Positions 45,834-56,368 of a DNA stretch of 64,000 bases are shown here, piece by piece. The notes under the pieces were generated by a model, which was not told where the DNA came from, made no database searches, and saw only the letters and a list, made by a program, of their open reading frames with translations. Position 1 is the stretch's first letter. Every line of letters starts with the position of its first letter. Source of the stretch: Hyaloraphidium curvatum SAG 235-1 (Eukaryota > Fungi > Monoblepharomycota); contig JAIVFI010000044.1 of the NCBI GenBank assembly GCA_025558095.1, positions 186,001 to 250,000 on the forward strand, in the 5' to 3' direction. The translations under genes were made by a program, and so were the position numbers.

Positions 45834-46139
45834 ACCGATCGCGCTTCATCGCTCCATCCACCCACTCCACCATCCACTCGAGGCATTGCTCACAGACGTT
45901 AGCCATTCCCTCCTCTGGACTTCTGAATCCTTTCTCCCGCACTATCTGACCTCCTGGACGATACCCTATTGCTGATTCATTAAAAGGCCCGCGCGGTCAT
46001 GTGTATCAATGTAGATTCAGACGCAGAGCAGGACACGGCTGGCATTGTAACATCACCAATACCACGGCCCCGAATAGATTACCCCCTGGCATGCATCCCA
46101 TGCGACAGCCCGGCGAAAATGCAGCACTTCGGTCCCCAT

Positions 46140-47239
46140 TCAGTCCTCCCGACCGGCGAAGCTCCACGAGAAAAGCAGCACCTCCCCTGACGACGCCCGC
46201 CGCACGGCTCCCCCGAGGGTCAGCTCCGCCGCCGACGACGTCCTCCTCCCCACCGGAATCCTCTCGTCCGCATCGCGCTTTGCGATCCGCCCGTCCGACC
46301 CCCGCCTCACGTGCCCCGACCGCGGGTTCGTGAGCGACAGCCTGTCCAGCGCGGCGCCCAGCTCCGCCTCGGCCCCCGGCGACCGCGCCAGTCCCGCGAG
46401 CTCGGCGATGCTCCGCCGCCGGAGCTCGCGGGAGGCGAGCCGGCGCCCGAGGGTGGAGGGGAACCGCGGGCGGACGGGGGGGAAGTCGTCTGGGGGAGGG
46501 GGTTCCCCGGGGGAGGAGGGTTCGGTGGGTTGGGGGGTGCGGTCCTGCATGACGCGGACGACGGGGCTGGCGTCCGATTCGGGGAGGTGGGCGTTGCGGA
46601 GTGGGGAGCGGCGGGTGCCTGGTCTAGAATGTCAGACGGGCCGAGACCACGAATGCCGGAAAGCTCACGTTTGGAGTAGAGGTTCCCCAGGTACTTTTCC
46701 TTGGGAGTGGGCGTTTCGAGCTCCACGGAGTGCCGTTCCAGCACCCGCTCCGCGATCGCCACGAGCTCTTCGAGCGGCAGGAGTTCCGGTGTCGGCGAAG
46801 GCGTGCGGTTGGCCTCGCGAACGCCATCGGGAGGCGGATCGGGCTCATCGTCCGGATTCCGTTTGTCCGGTATTCGCAGGGATGTGCCGATGGGGGGTTG
46901 GTCGGCGTGGGCGACCTTGGTCGGGGACATTGCGGGGGCGACTCGCACCACAGCGGGGGCCTCCGCCGCCGCCTTGAGGGCGTTGTTGTCGACGGCGATG
47001 CGCAGGTAGCCGGTCTCCTTTTCCGTCTTCCACCGCGGCTGGGCCGTCCGGGAGACGTACCACGACTCGATCGCGTCATCGGCCAACGAGTCATCGCGGG
47101 GGGCCACGGGCCGCGGAGGACCCCGCGGCTTCATCCGGCGCGCCTGGCGGAGCCGCGCCTGCAGCTTTGCCGGCGACATTGCGGGGTCGTCCGTCAAGGT
47201 CGACGGCTCGATGACTCTGCCCAGAATAGGCGCCCCCAT
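46140..47239 (-). CDS. Hypothetical Pro/Ser-rich protein
   Basis: The ORF from ATG 47239 joins ORF 46140-46550 through a GTGAGC..CTGAC..CAG intron at ~46619-46668. It contains SP/TP sites but no domain I recognise. Confidence 0.5.
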
Positions 47240-47507
47240 CGTGTCCCAGGCGCCGGAGCGGCCCCTCAAGCCCAGCAGGCAGCCGCGTGCTTCTCAATAC
47301 AGGCGGATTGCGCCGCGGAATATTCGGGCCGGGTCCGCCGGAGTTGTTGCCCGGGCCCTGACTGAGTGCACATGCCGCGAACGACGCCGCGCTTTTCCGT
47401 CCGCAGCACCAAACGGCCCCACGGCCCGCCCCCCGGCGCCGCCGCCGCCGCCCGGGCCGCGCCGCGGGCAGCACAGCCGCGCCGCGCTCGCGCCGCCCCG
47501 CCCCGCC

Positions 47508-48577
47508 ATGGCGGACCTCGCCGCGGCCGAGGCGCGCATTGATCTCAAGGTGCGTCGCGTCACAGCGCCCCGCCGCCCCCGCCGCCCCGGCTGGCCGCCC
47601 CGCCGTGCGCCGCATTGCGCTTGCGCGGCCGCGTGGACACCGCCGGCGGCGGTCGCGGGCCCCGCCACTCCCCCCGGCTGACGTCCCCCGGACCTTCTCC
47701 CGTCGTCCCCCATTTTCAGGTGCTGCATCACATTGGCAACGACGGTGCGTGGGGCCGCGCTGAGGGTCGGGGGGCTTTGGCTGACGACGCCACCGGGTTC
47801 CAGCGGCCGCCAAGGGCAAGGATGCCCGCAAGCAGGACCGTTTCCGCCGCACGGTCCTGGCCGTCGACCAGATCGTCAACCAGAAGCTGTACAAGAGCAA
47901 GTCGAGCTCCCTCGAGCAGTACTTTCGCGACGTTTGGAAGATCTCGCGCGCCCAGGTCTACCGTTTCATCGACTCGGCGTGCGTGCTGAAGGTGCGTCAC
48001 ACGGTGCCCCCCACCCGGCGTGCACACGCGCTGACGGTTTCGCGCCTCCTCTCCCGCATCTCGCGTGTCCATCCGCCGGATTCTTCCTACGTGCATCCCC
48101 CTGCCGCCCCGCAACGGCGTTCGATCCATCCGCCCCATTTTTCGTTCTGTGCCCTGAATCTGTCTCCCCCCCGCGTCTCCCCCACGCACGATCTCCCGGG
48201 AGCAGCAACTCCAGGGCTTCCCGCACCTCCCCGCGCGCGAGCGGATCTGCCGCACCCTGCGCAAGCTCACGAAATCGCGCACCGACATCCGCAAGCTCTG
48301 GGCGACGGTGCTGGAGCGCAACGCGGCCTCGGCCGACCTCGAGCAGGCCATCACCTCGACTTCGGTCGCGGACGTGTGGAACGAGCTCTCTGCAAAGGGG
48401 CTCGTCGGGTACGGCGGCGAGGATGACAACGAGGAGCTGCCCGAGATCGAGCTGAGCGACCACTCTTCGGACGCCGAGGGAGGCCCCGGACCGCCGGCCG
48501 TGTCCGTGCCCGGGCCCGTCGTCAAATCCTCCGCACCGCGGACGCAGCGGGGACCTAGGCAGAGCTACGTCGAGGAC

Positions 48578-48609
<32 letters not shown>

Positions 48610-49981
48610 AGAAGAGGACGAGGACGAGGACGACGACGGGAGCAGCCTCTCCGCGGACCGCCGCTGGGGCGCGCGTCCGCCCAAGGCCCGCGGCCGGGGC
48701 GGCGGCACCAAGACGCGCCCGCGCGCGGCTGCCAAGCCCAAGAAGGTCGCGCAACCAAGGGGCGGCCGGGGCGGAGGCGCACGCATGCCGGGCCCCGCGG
48801 ACTATGGCATGCAGCCGCAGCAGCTCCCCGGCGGCCGATCGCGCGCCATGCACGCAGTCGCCGCGGCCAGGCAGGCCACCAACATTCTCGAGAACATCTC
48901 GCCTTCGTCCGGCGACCAGCGGAGCAAGCGCCGCCGGACCTCGTTGGACAACCCCACCTCCACCATATCCGCCATCTCGGGCCTCTCGCGGCTGGCCGAG
49001 TCGGGCTACGGCACCGGCATGTACGACGCCCCGGGGGAGCGCTACGCCCGCGCCTACACCGGCGGCGGCGCCCCGCGCGAGGACTACGGTTACTACCCCG
49101 CGCCGCAGCCGCAGTACCCGCACGACGCCGGCCGCTTCCGCGGCGCCGACCCCGCCGCCGATCCGGGGGGCCACGGCTATGCACCCGCTCCCCGCTCGGA
49201 CGAGCCCACGCCGCGCTGGCGCTGGGTGAACGAGGACGACGAAGGGGACGACGTGCTTCTCCCCTGGCAGGACGACGGCATCGAGACCAATAACCACGAG
49301 CTTTCGAGCAACGACGTCGTCCTGTGCACGCACCTGCTCGAGTCGTTCGCCCGGCGCGGGTACCTGCTGCAGCCCTACGTCAACGGCGCCTGGGCCGAGG
49401 GCGTGTCGCACTGGCGCCTCGCCCCGCGCCGCGACCTGGTGCACAGGCCGCTGCAGAACAAGCGCCGCAACCCGGTGCTGCTCACGTACCCGCCCCAGGG
49501 CGCCGGGCCCCGCGCCCCGCAGCAGGCCATGGAGGGCGTGCAGGGCTTCCCGCCCCAGCCCGCGAGCGCCCAGCCCCCGTTCGGCAGCCCGCAGCCCCCC
49601 GCAGGCTACGGCAGCCCCGCCTTCCACGAAGCGCAGCAGTCGTTCCACGACCCGCCCGCGCACGCGTTCGACAACCAGCCGCGCACGCAGGCCGAGCAGC
49701 CCGCGGAGCGGTGGGAGGGCGGCGGCGAAAAGTTCCTGCACCCGCAGCGCATGCTCTCGCCCTTCGAGCACGGCGAGGAGCCCAGGTTCCACGATGCGCC
49801 CATGGATGCCGCGAGCCCGCCGTCGGGGATGCTGGGCATGTTCTCCGGCAACGGGGCTCAGGCGGGGTCGCACGAGGGGATCTTTGCGGCCATGGGCGGG
49901 GGCCAGCTTGAGCACGATTTCGGGGGATCCTACGGCGCGGCGGTCAAGCCGCCCGATTCGCCGGCGCCGGGCCAGAAGTGA
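47508..49981 (+). CDS. Uncharacterised putative DNA-binding protein (phage/cyanobacterial-type helical module, acidic tract, disordered tail)
   Basis: Three GT-AG introns give MADLAAAEARIDLK/VLHHIGND/AAAKG...QKLYKSKSSSLEQYFRDVWKISRAQVYRFIDSACVLK/QLQGFPHLPARERICRTLRKL...IRKLWATVL. It also has a poly-E/D run and an NLS-like RSKRRR. Confidence 0.75.
48571..48637 (+). repeat. GAG/GAA/GAC trinucleotide tract encoding a poly-acidic run
   Basis: EDEEEEEEEEEEEEEDEDEDDD. Confidence 0.9.
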
Positions 49982-50261
49982 CAGACGGACGGATGGATGG
50001 GACAAAATGGGGATGCGGCGTCTGAGCCGCGCTCTTTCGAAAAGACTGACTTCGTACATGGGCTATAATCTGGGAGTAATACTAGTCGCCTGTGAAGCGG
50101 CCGCGCCTTGCCCTTCGTCAGTCCGTCCGAGCCTCATCCCCGTGCTGCGCAAGCTACAGTAGTCCGCACACAGGCCAACCAGCATCAGTGACAGCGACAG
50201 AGATTGATTCAGCACACAGATATCTGTCCACATCGACACATCGACAATTGCTTTGGACGCT

Positions 50262-51917
50262 TCAGACGTCCAAAAAGCTCATCGGATCCTCCTCGTCCTC
50301 CGTTTTCGGTGCCACGCCGTGGGTAAGAAAGAGGTCCGGGTGATCCTGCAACAGTTTCAGGAGCACAGCCTGGTCTTCTTCGGTCCCGCCGAAGTCGTGC
50401 TGCTGCAGGTACTGGTCAAGGTCCATGTTCCCGCCGTCCAAGTCGACCCCGAGCGCCGATTGGACGTTGGCCAGCGAGTGCTCCAGGTTCTCAATGTCCT
50501 TGGACAGCGCATCCGCGCTCCCCTTGGTCAGATCGATGTTGGACGCCATTTTGGAGAGGTTGCCGATGGCTTCCGTCGGAGGGGGTGCGACGAGCGAGGC
50601 CAGAGGGAGGTTGAAGAGGGCGGCGGTCGACTGCGGTATCACCGCGTCGGAAGCCGGCCCGGGGGGAGTGCTGGGTCCGCCGTTGATGGTTTCCGTCGGT
50701 TCGGGAGATGCAGCGCCCTTCTTCTTGCCCTTGGCGGCAGACGGGGGTTTGGCCTCGGAGATCTTGCGGGCGGCGGGAGCGGAAGCGCCGGCGCTCGAGG
50801 TGGACGAGCTCGAGCCAGCGGGTGAAGGGGCGTTGAAGGGCAGAATGATGGGACCTTGCCGCGCGGCTGCAAGTTGAAGCAGTTTAGAGTCGTGAGGAAG
50901 ACGCCCCTTCCAAGAGCACCCACAATGCACGTGCTGCTCAGGTTCCGGCCTCAGCTGCAGAATCTCCTCGATCCCGTTGGCTGCGTTCTCGTCATCCTCG
51001 TCGTCGTCGTCGTCCGTCAGCGCCACGCCCGTGACCAGCTTCCGCCGCTTCCCCTGTCCCAGGCCAGTCTTCGACTGGAACACAGAGGCCAGGAACTGGA
51101 TGATCTTCTCGATGAGCTCCTGCTGCTTCTGGTACTGCGCCCGCAGGCTCTCCGTTTCCGCCCACATCTCCTGGTTCGCCTTCTGCATCGTCTGGAGGTC
51201 GTTCTGGATCGCAAACTGGTGCCGTTTGATGCCGGCCATCTCCTGGATCAGCGTCGACAGTTCGAGCGACGAGCCGGGCGACAAGGCCTGCGGATTGTCC
51301 TCCTCCTTCCCCTTTTTGCGCGTGACGAGCGAGAGCAGCTCGGGCTGGTCCCGGAGGAAGTGCGGGTGGGCAAACTCTGTCGCCAGCTCGGCCTCCTGGG
51401 GAGGGAGCAGGGCGCCGGCCTGCAGGTGCGGAACTTTGTGGAAGCCGTACATGTTGAGCTGGCGGACAAAGGAGGAGAAGTTCGAGTGCTTGAAGAAGCG
51501 GGGGAGGATCTCGTGGGCAAACTCGTCCGGGTTCTCGACTGCGGCCGGGGTCAGAGGGGGGCGGGGCCACGATAGCCGCGCTTCCTACCGATGAACGAGT
51601 TTCCCTCTTCGCTCCAGTGGATCAGGTTGTCCGAGTTGGGGTCGTTGACCATGCTGCGGAGATTCGGCCCGGTGTCAGAGGAGCCGCGCGGGGGTTCGCA
51701 ACCCGGCCCACTTGAAGAGCTTGGAGAGAAACTGCGGCACATTCTTTCCCGCCATCGGCCCCGGGGCGATGAGCCGCGGCGGCAGCTGGGCGAGCGGGGC
51801 GGCAGCGACAGACTCGAGAGAGAAGTCCACGGGCGAGTTCAGCGCACCCGCGCCCGCCGCGGCGCGCCGTGTGCCGACGCCCCCGCGGCTCTCCGAAGAG
51901 CGGGTCACGCGCTCCAT
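50262..51917 (-). CDS. HSF1: Heat shock transcription factor
   Basis: VPQFLSKLF/MVNDP..LIHWS..GNSFI/..FAHEILPRFFKHSNFSSFVRQLNMYGFHKVPHLQ; heptad coiled coil with IEKIIQFLASVF. The start codon could instead be the MAGKNVP ATG at ~51755. Confidence 0.9.
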
Positions 51918-52188
51918 TTCCGGGGGCAGGGACCGGGCAAAGTGAGTGGGAACTTCGGCAGCGCAGCGAAAACCTCGTCGTCCCAGCCCTATGAAACTGC
52001 CGCCCGAAATCGTCTCACAACCTGTGGCTATCTTTCTACTTGGTCAAGTGCAGCCGGACGAAGACAAGCGCAATGGTAGCTTGCTGAGCTATCGGATCAC
52101 GGCGTCACTGAGCACTGGCGTGAGAGCTGGAGGTGAATGTCGATTAGATGTCAAGATTCTGTCAAAGGCTAGTACAGTAGTAGGGTAA

Positions 52189-53409
52189 TCAAGCGTCCTC
52201 TCCAGGGTAGCTCTCAGCGGCACTGGGGAGCCCGTGGCGGGTATCGGCGTGGGGTGATCCAATGAAAGAGGAAGATCGCTGAGGGGTGGCAAAGTTGTTC
52301 TTGTAGTACCGGAAGGAAGCTGTTCCGGCCTGAGCCGAAGGCAGTACTACTGGCGGAAGGTCGGGAAGGGCGGCATCCGCTTGCGTGTGCTCGAAGCCCG
52401 CCGACTGAGGTGACGGGAGGGCGACGAAGCCATGAGCCTGCGCCGGCGCCTGCCCAAACATGGATTCCCGGTTCCGTTGCAGCACAGTGAAGGCAGAAAG
52501 TACGTCCGTTTGAATCCGGAGGGAAGCGCGGACCGCCTCGATTTCCTCAAGCGACATTTGCGGTTCCTTGGGCGGGGGAGATGGCGCTGGCGTCGCGGCA
52601 GGATACGAAACGGGGCGAGCGGGGGTGTATGGGGTGTAAGACGGAGCCTCAATCATCTGGGGCTGCGTCACGGATCGCTGCTATCGAAAGCAATGCCGTC
52701 AGACGAAGGCTTTCTGTCACGCAATGACCTAGACCCACTTTGTTTCTCCTTGAGCGGTGCCACAGGAAAAGCCCAGCAATGGCCATCAGCAGCAGCATCC
52801 CGCCGGCAGCAATCCCGATGATGACGCCATATGTGAGCGGGGAAACAGCGTCCGAAGGAACGATGCTCGGAGTGGCAGTCGCAGTGACCAGATCCGTTGC
52901 GGTCCCCGACACCGTCGTGAAGTGGCTCGTGGCTGTTGTCTGGGAGGCCCAAGTCGACGTAGGAACGGCGGAAGCGGTGCTAGAAGCGAATCCGACGGAA
53001 GAGGTGCGGGTGGAAGAAGCCGAAGACGTTTTGCTGGCCGAGCTCGCCGGCTTCGAGCTCGAGGTAGAGACCGTGGAGGACGTGGTGGTTTGAGACGCTG
53101 AGGAGGATCCCAAAATCGTAGATGCAGGCCGGGAAGTCGAGCTTGGCGAGGCGGTGGTCGCCAGCGCCGAGGACGCCGCCCCAGTGGGTCCCAACGAGGC
53201 CGTCGTGGCCGTTGCCGCGGCTGGAGTCCCCGCAACGGAAGTCACCAGTATACCGACGGAGGTGCCCGGGCTGCCGACGGAGGCCGAAGGATCCACTGGG
53301 AGGACCTGGACGCCTGGCGGCACATCGTTCGCGACGACTGCGCAAACGGCACAGAGTTAGCATCCTGGGCATCGAACCCGCCGAGAGATCGAGACTCACG
53401 CTCCGACAT
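52189..53409 (-). CDS. Ser/Thr-rich single-pass membrane protein (Mid2/Wsc-like architecture)
   Basis: MSE/LVANDV across a GTGAGT..CTAAC..CAG intron; long S/T region; TM YGVIIGIAAGGMLLLMAIAGLFLW followed by HRSRR; cytoplasmic exon. Confidence 0.6.
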
Positions 53410-53917
53410 GCGGCCCGTGAAGCCTCGAAGTGCTGCGGCGACCGGTGTGCGTGTGGGCGAGTGCGGATTCGAGAAGGACCCCTTCCTTTATGGGGCGGCC
53501 GCCGCGAGGCTGTGCCCGGCGGTGCGTTTGATCGCTTTCCGAGTAGGCCGGAGGTCGCCGTGCCAACCGGACTCCGAAGACTTGCGGTTGCTGAATGGCT
53601 CTTTGATTGGTGCCCTTTGAGCCCTTCTGGGCGGGAGCCGCCTTGGTTGCACGAAAAGGTGTTGCACGTGCCGGCCCAACAGCCCATCACCGACCGCAGA
53701 CGACCAAGCGGCACGGCTTGCTTGAACTGCAAATGGACTCCTTTCATCATGTGGGAGTGACGGATGGATTCACATGTTCACCTTTTGAGCAATCACCTGC
53801 GTGCCTGTGTGGCAACGCAGGCCTCCCCTTGCCACCATGAGACAGCACGCGCGCGCGCGCGACGACTGTCTCCCTGGAACGCTTCGGCCCTCGAATCTCG
53901 AGGAAGTTTGCGGAAGA

Positions 53918-54957
53918 ATGTCTACCGTGACCATTGATCTCGCAAGTCTGCCCCGCTCCACCTCGGCCATCGCGTGGAACCGGCGCGATACCATACTCTA
54001 CAACATCGGCATCGGATGCTCGGAGCTCAAGTATACCTACGAGCTGGACAAGGACTTTCAGCTATTCCCCATTCCCGATCAACATACAGTTCAAGGGGAC
54101 TTCCGTTGACGTGACGGATTTCGTCGAGCTCGTGAAGCAATCCGCGGTCGTCATCCCGGGAATCAAGCAGAACTTCCGGGGACAGCTCGCGGGCGACCTC
54201 ACCTTGGAGTTCCTGGCTCCCCTGCCTGTGGCAGAGGCGAACGCGACCCTGGAGCGCCGCGTGACGGGCGTCTGGGACGGCGGGAAGCACCTCATTACGG
54301 ACTCGGAGAGCCTGCTGAAGGACGGTAACGGGAAGCCGCTGTTCAGGCAGCTGGGATGCGGGTTCTCGCTCGGCGGCGGCGGGTGGGGCGGGCCCAAGCG
54401 TCCCATTGATCCTCTCGACGCGCTGCCGGCTCTTTCGGGCGCCCCACACAAGACGGTGGGTGGACACAGGGGTTTACGGACTCGGCTTGTGGCTCATGGG
54501 CCTGTGGCCTTTTCCAGGTCGAGCTGCAGACCAATCTCAACCAGGCAATGATCTTCAGGCTCACTGGCGACTTCAACCCCCACCACGTTGATCCCGTGGT
54601 AACGAAGAAAAATGGCTACGACAAGCCCATACTTCATGGTCCCTGCACGGTGAGTTGCGCGCAGGGCTCCAGGACCCATAATGACCACCCCAACCACGAC
54701 AGATCGGCTTCGCCTGCCGCGCCGTCGTCTACGCCTTCTGCGATGGCGTTGCCCGGCGTCTCCGCATGGTCCATTGCCGCTTCGCCTCGCCCGTCATTCC
54801 CGGGGACTTGCTCCGGACGGAGCTTTGGGACGCCTCGGATTCGGGACTGCCCCTTGCGGAGGAGAAGAAGAAGGAGGGACAGAAGCTGGTGCGGTTCCGT
54901 GTCATGGTCGGGGACAGGGTGGTCGTGAGCAACGGGGTGGCGGCGATCTCTGCGTAG
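53918..54957 (+). pseudogene. Second enoyl-CoA hydratase 2 (MaoC) gene with an apparent frameshift
   Basis: WNRRDTILYNIGIG..ELKYTYEL..FQLFP, then a frame change at ~54071 to FPINIQFKG; [33 protein letters not shown]. Confidence 0.7.
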
Positions 54958-55200
54958 CATAGTGACCTGCTTCACGTTGCGATACAGCCAGTAGACCCCC
55001 AAGCTCTGACAGTCCGGTCTGCGCCAAGCACGCGGGATAGCATAGTACTTAGCTATTTCCTACGCGTGATAAATCGTGTGCGGGACTGCGAGAACTGCTT
55101 GCAGCTTGGCGGTGTGATGACACACAACGTGCTCGCAACTGAGGGACCACGCGTCCACCGCGTCCCGGCCGTCGGATCTTCTCCCGCCTCACCATTTGCT

Positions 55201-55907
55201 ATGATACAGCATGCGCAATGGGGTGCGGCGTGGGCGCTTGTGGTCGCGACCGCCATAGTGCTCGCGACCTTGGGAAAGGTGACGCGGCCTTGTCCCCCAA
55301 GTTCTGTAGCTGACCATGCCCCTCTCCGTCGCAGCAATGTGCCGCAGTGGCAACCCTAAAGCAGCAAAGCGTGCTGTTTGCAGCGTCCTGCAGTGATTGC
55401 CCCGACGGCGCGTTCTGCGACTACGATGGCAGCACCCCTGAAGGCCAAGTCACTTGCACCACCACAATCGACTCAGGCGAAGGCAGGAGGCTTCGATACC
55501 GTTCGTACAGCCTTCAATTGGGCCAGGCCTGTGTGAGCAACGCGGAGTGCTCGTCCACCTACTGCGTGGAGAGTGTCTGCTGCAACATCGCGTGCACCGG
55601 GACGTGCATGAGCTGTCTTGCCGCGCGCACCGGTGGAGTCACAGGCGCATGCACTGGCACCCTGTGGGCCCGGGATTTCAAGAAAGAGTGCACCACAGAC
55701 GGGTGTTTTGGCCCCGGCCCGTGTGAATGCGGCAGGACCTGCAACGGATACGGTGCCTGTGCCATCACCGCCATCGATATCCCATGCGGAGGACCGCGGT
55801 GCAATACGCCCACCGTCACCAACAGATATTGCGATGGAATCGGCAATTGCACCGTCCGCGACTCCACAGTCTGCGGTGGCGGATGCACAGAGTCCGGATG
55901 CAGCTAG
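55201..55907 (+). CDS. Secreted Cys-rich protein with a myxobacterial-type disulfide repeat
   Basis: Signal-peptide exon plus intron 55279-55334; GQACVSNAECSSTYCVESVCCNIACTGTCMSC...CNGYGAC...CDGIGNC. Confidence 0.7.
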
Positions 55908-56046
55908 CCTGCGCTCGTCGGGCAAGGTGCGTTGCAGATGAGGCATAACGGTCATGCAAATCTAATCTGGCGCGCAGATTGAAGCGTGATGACGTGGTGC
56001 AGCAGAGAGATTGGAGTGAGGTCCAGCAGCATTGAATGTCAATCCA

Positions 56047-56325
56047 TCACACCCGTACAGTCACCGTCCTCGACCCGCTCCTCAGCGGCAGCTCCGTCCT
56101 CACCGTACGCGTGATGCCGCCGAGCTTCACCTCGACCGCGTGCACGACGTAGAACGCCTTGACCACTAGTCTCCCGTCCCTCCCCGTCCGCCCCGCCGTC
56201 CGAGTCCACCATTCGCCCCTGATCAGCCGCATCAGCGCGTTGTACGCGGGCTTGGACGACATGTCCGCGCGCAGCAGCCCCGCTGGAGCGTTGAGCCACG
56301 CGCCGCGATCGGAGAGGGCCAAGTC
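56047..56325 (-). pseudogene. C-terminal fragment of a bacterial-type GH10 endo-xylanase-like gene
   Basis: LSDRGAWLNAPAGLLRADMSSKPAYNALMRLIRGEWWTRTAGRTGRDGRLVVKAFY. There is no room for the catalytic barrel because KGD1 ends at 56369. Confidence 0.65.
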
Positions 56326-56368
56326 GACATCCAAGAAACGCTCTAAACCTTGCCACGGCTACGGCACA

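Noticed and set aside
47966-50059. 697-aa minus-strand ORF
   Set aside because: It is antisense to the 47508-49981 gene and has a low-complexity R/G/A composition with no domain.
53848-53861. (CG)7 run, potential Z-DNA in a divergent promoter
   Set aside because: Short and not unexpected in very GC-rich DNA; no supporting evidence.
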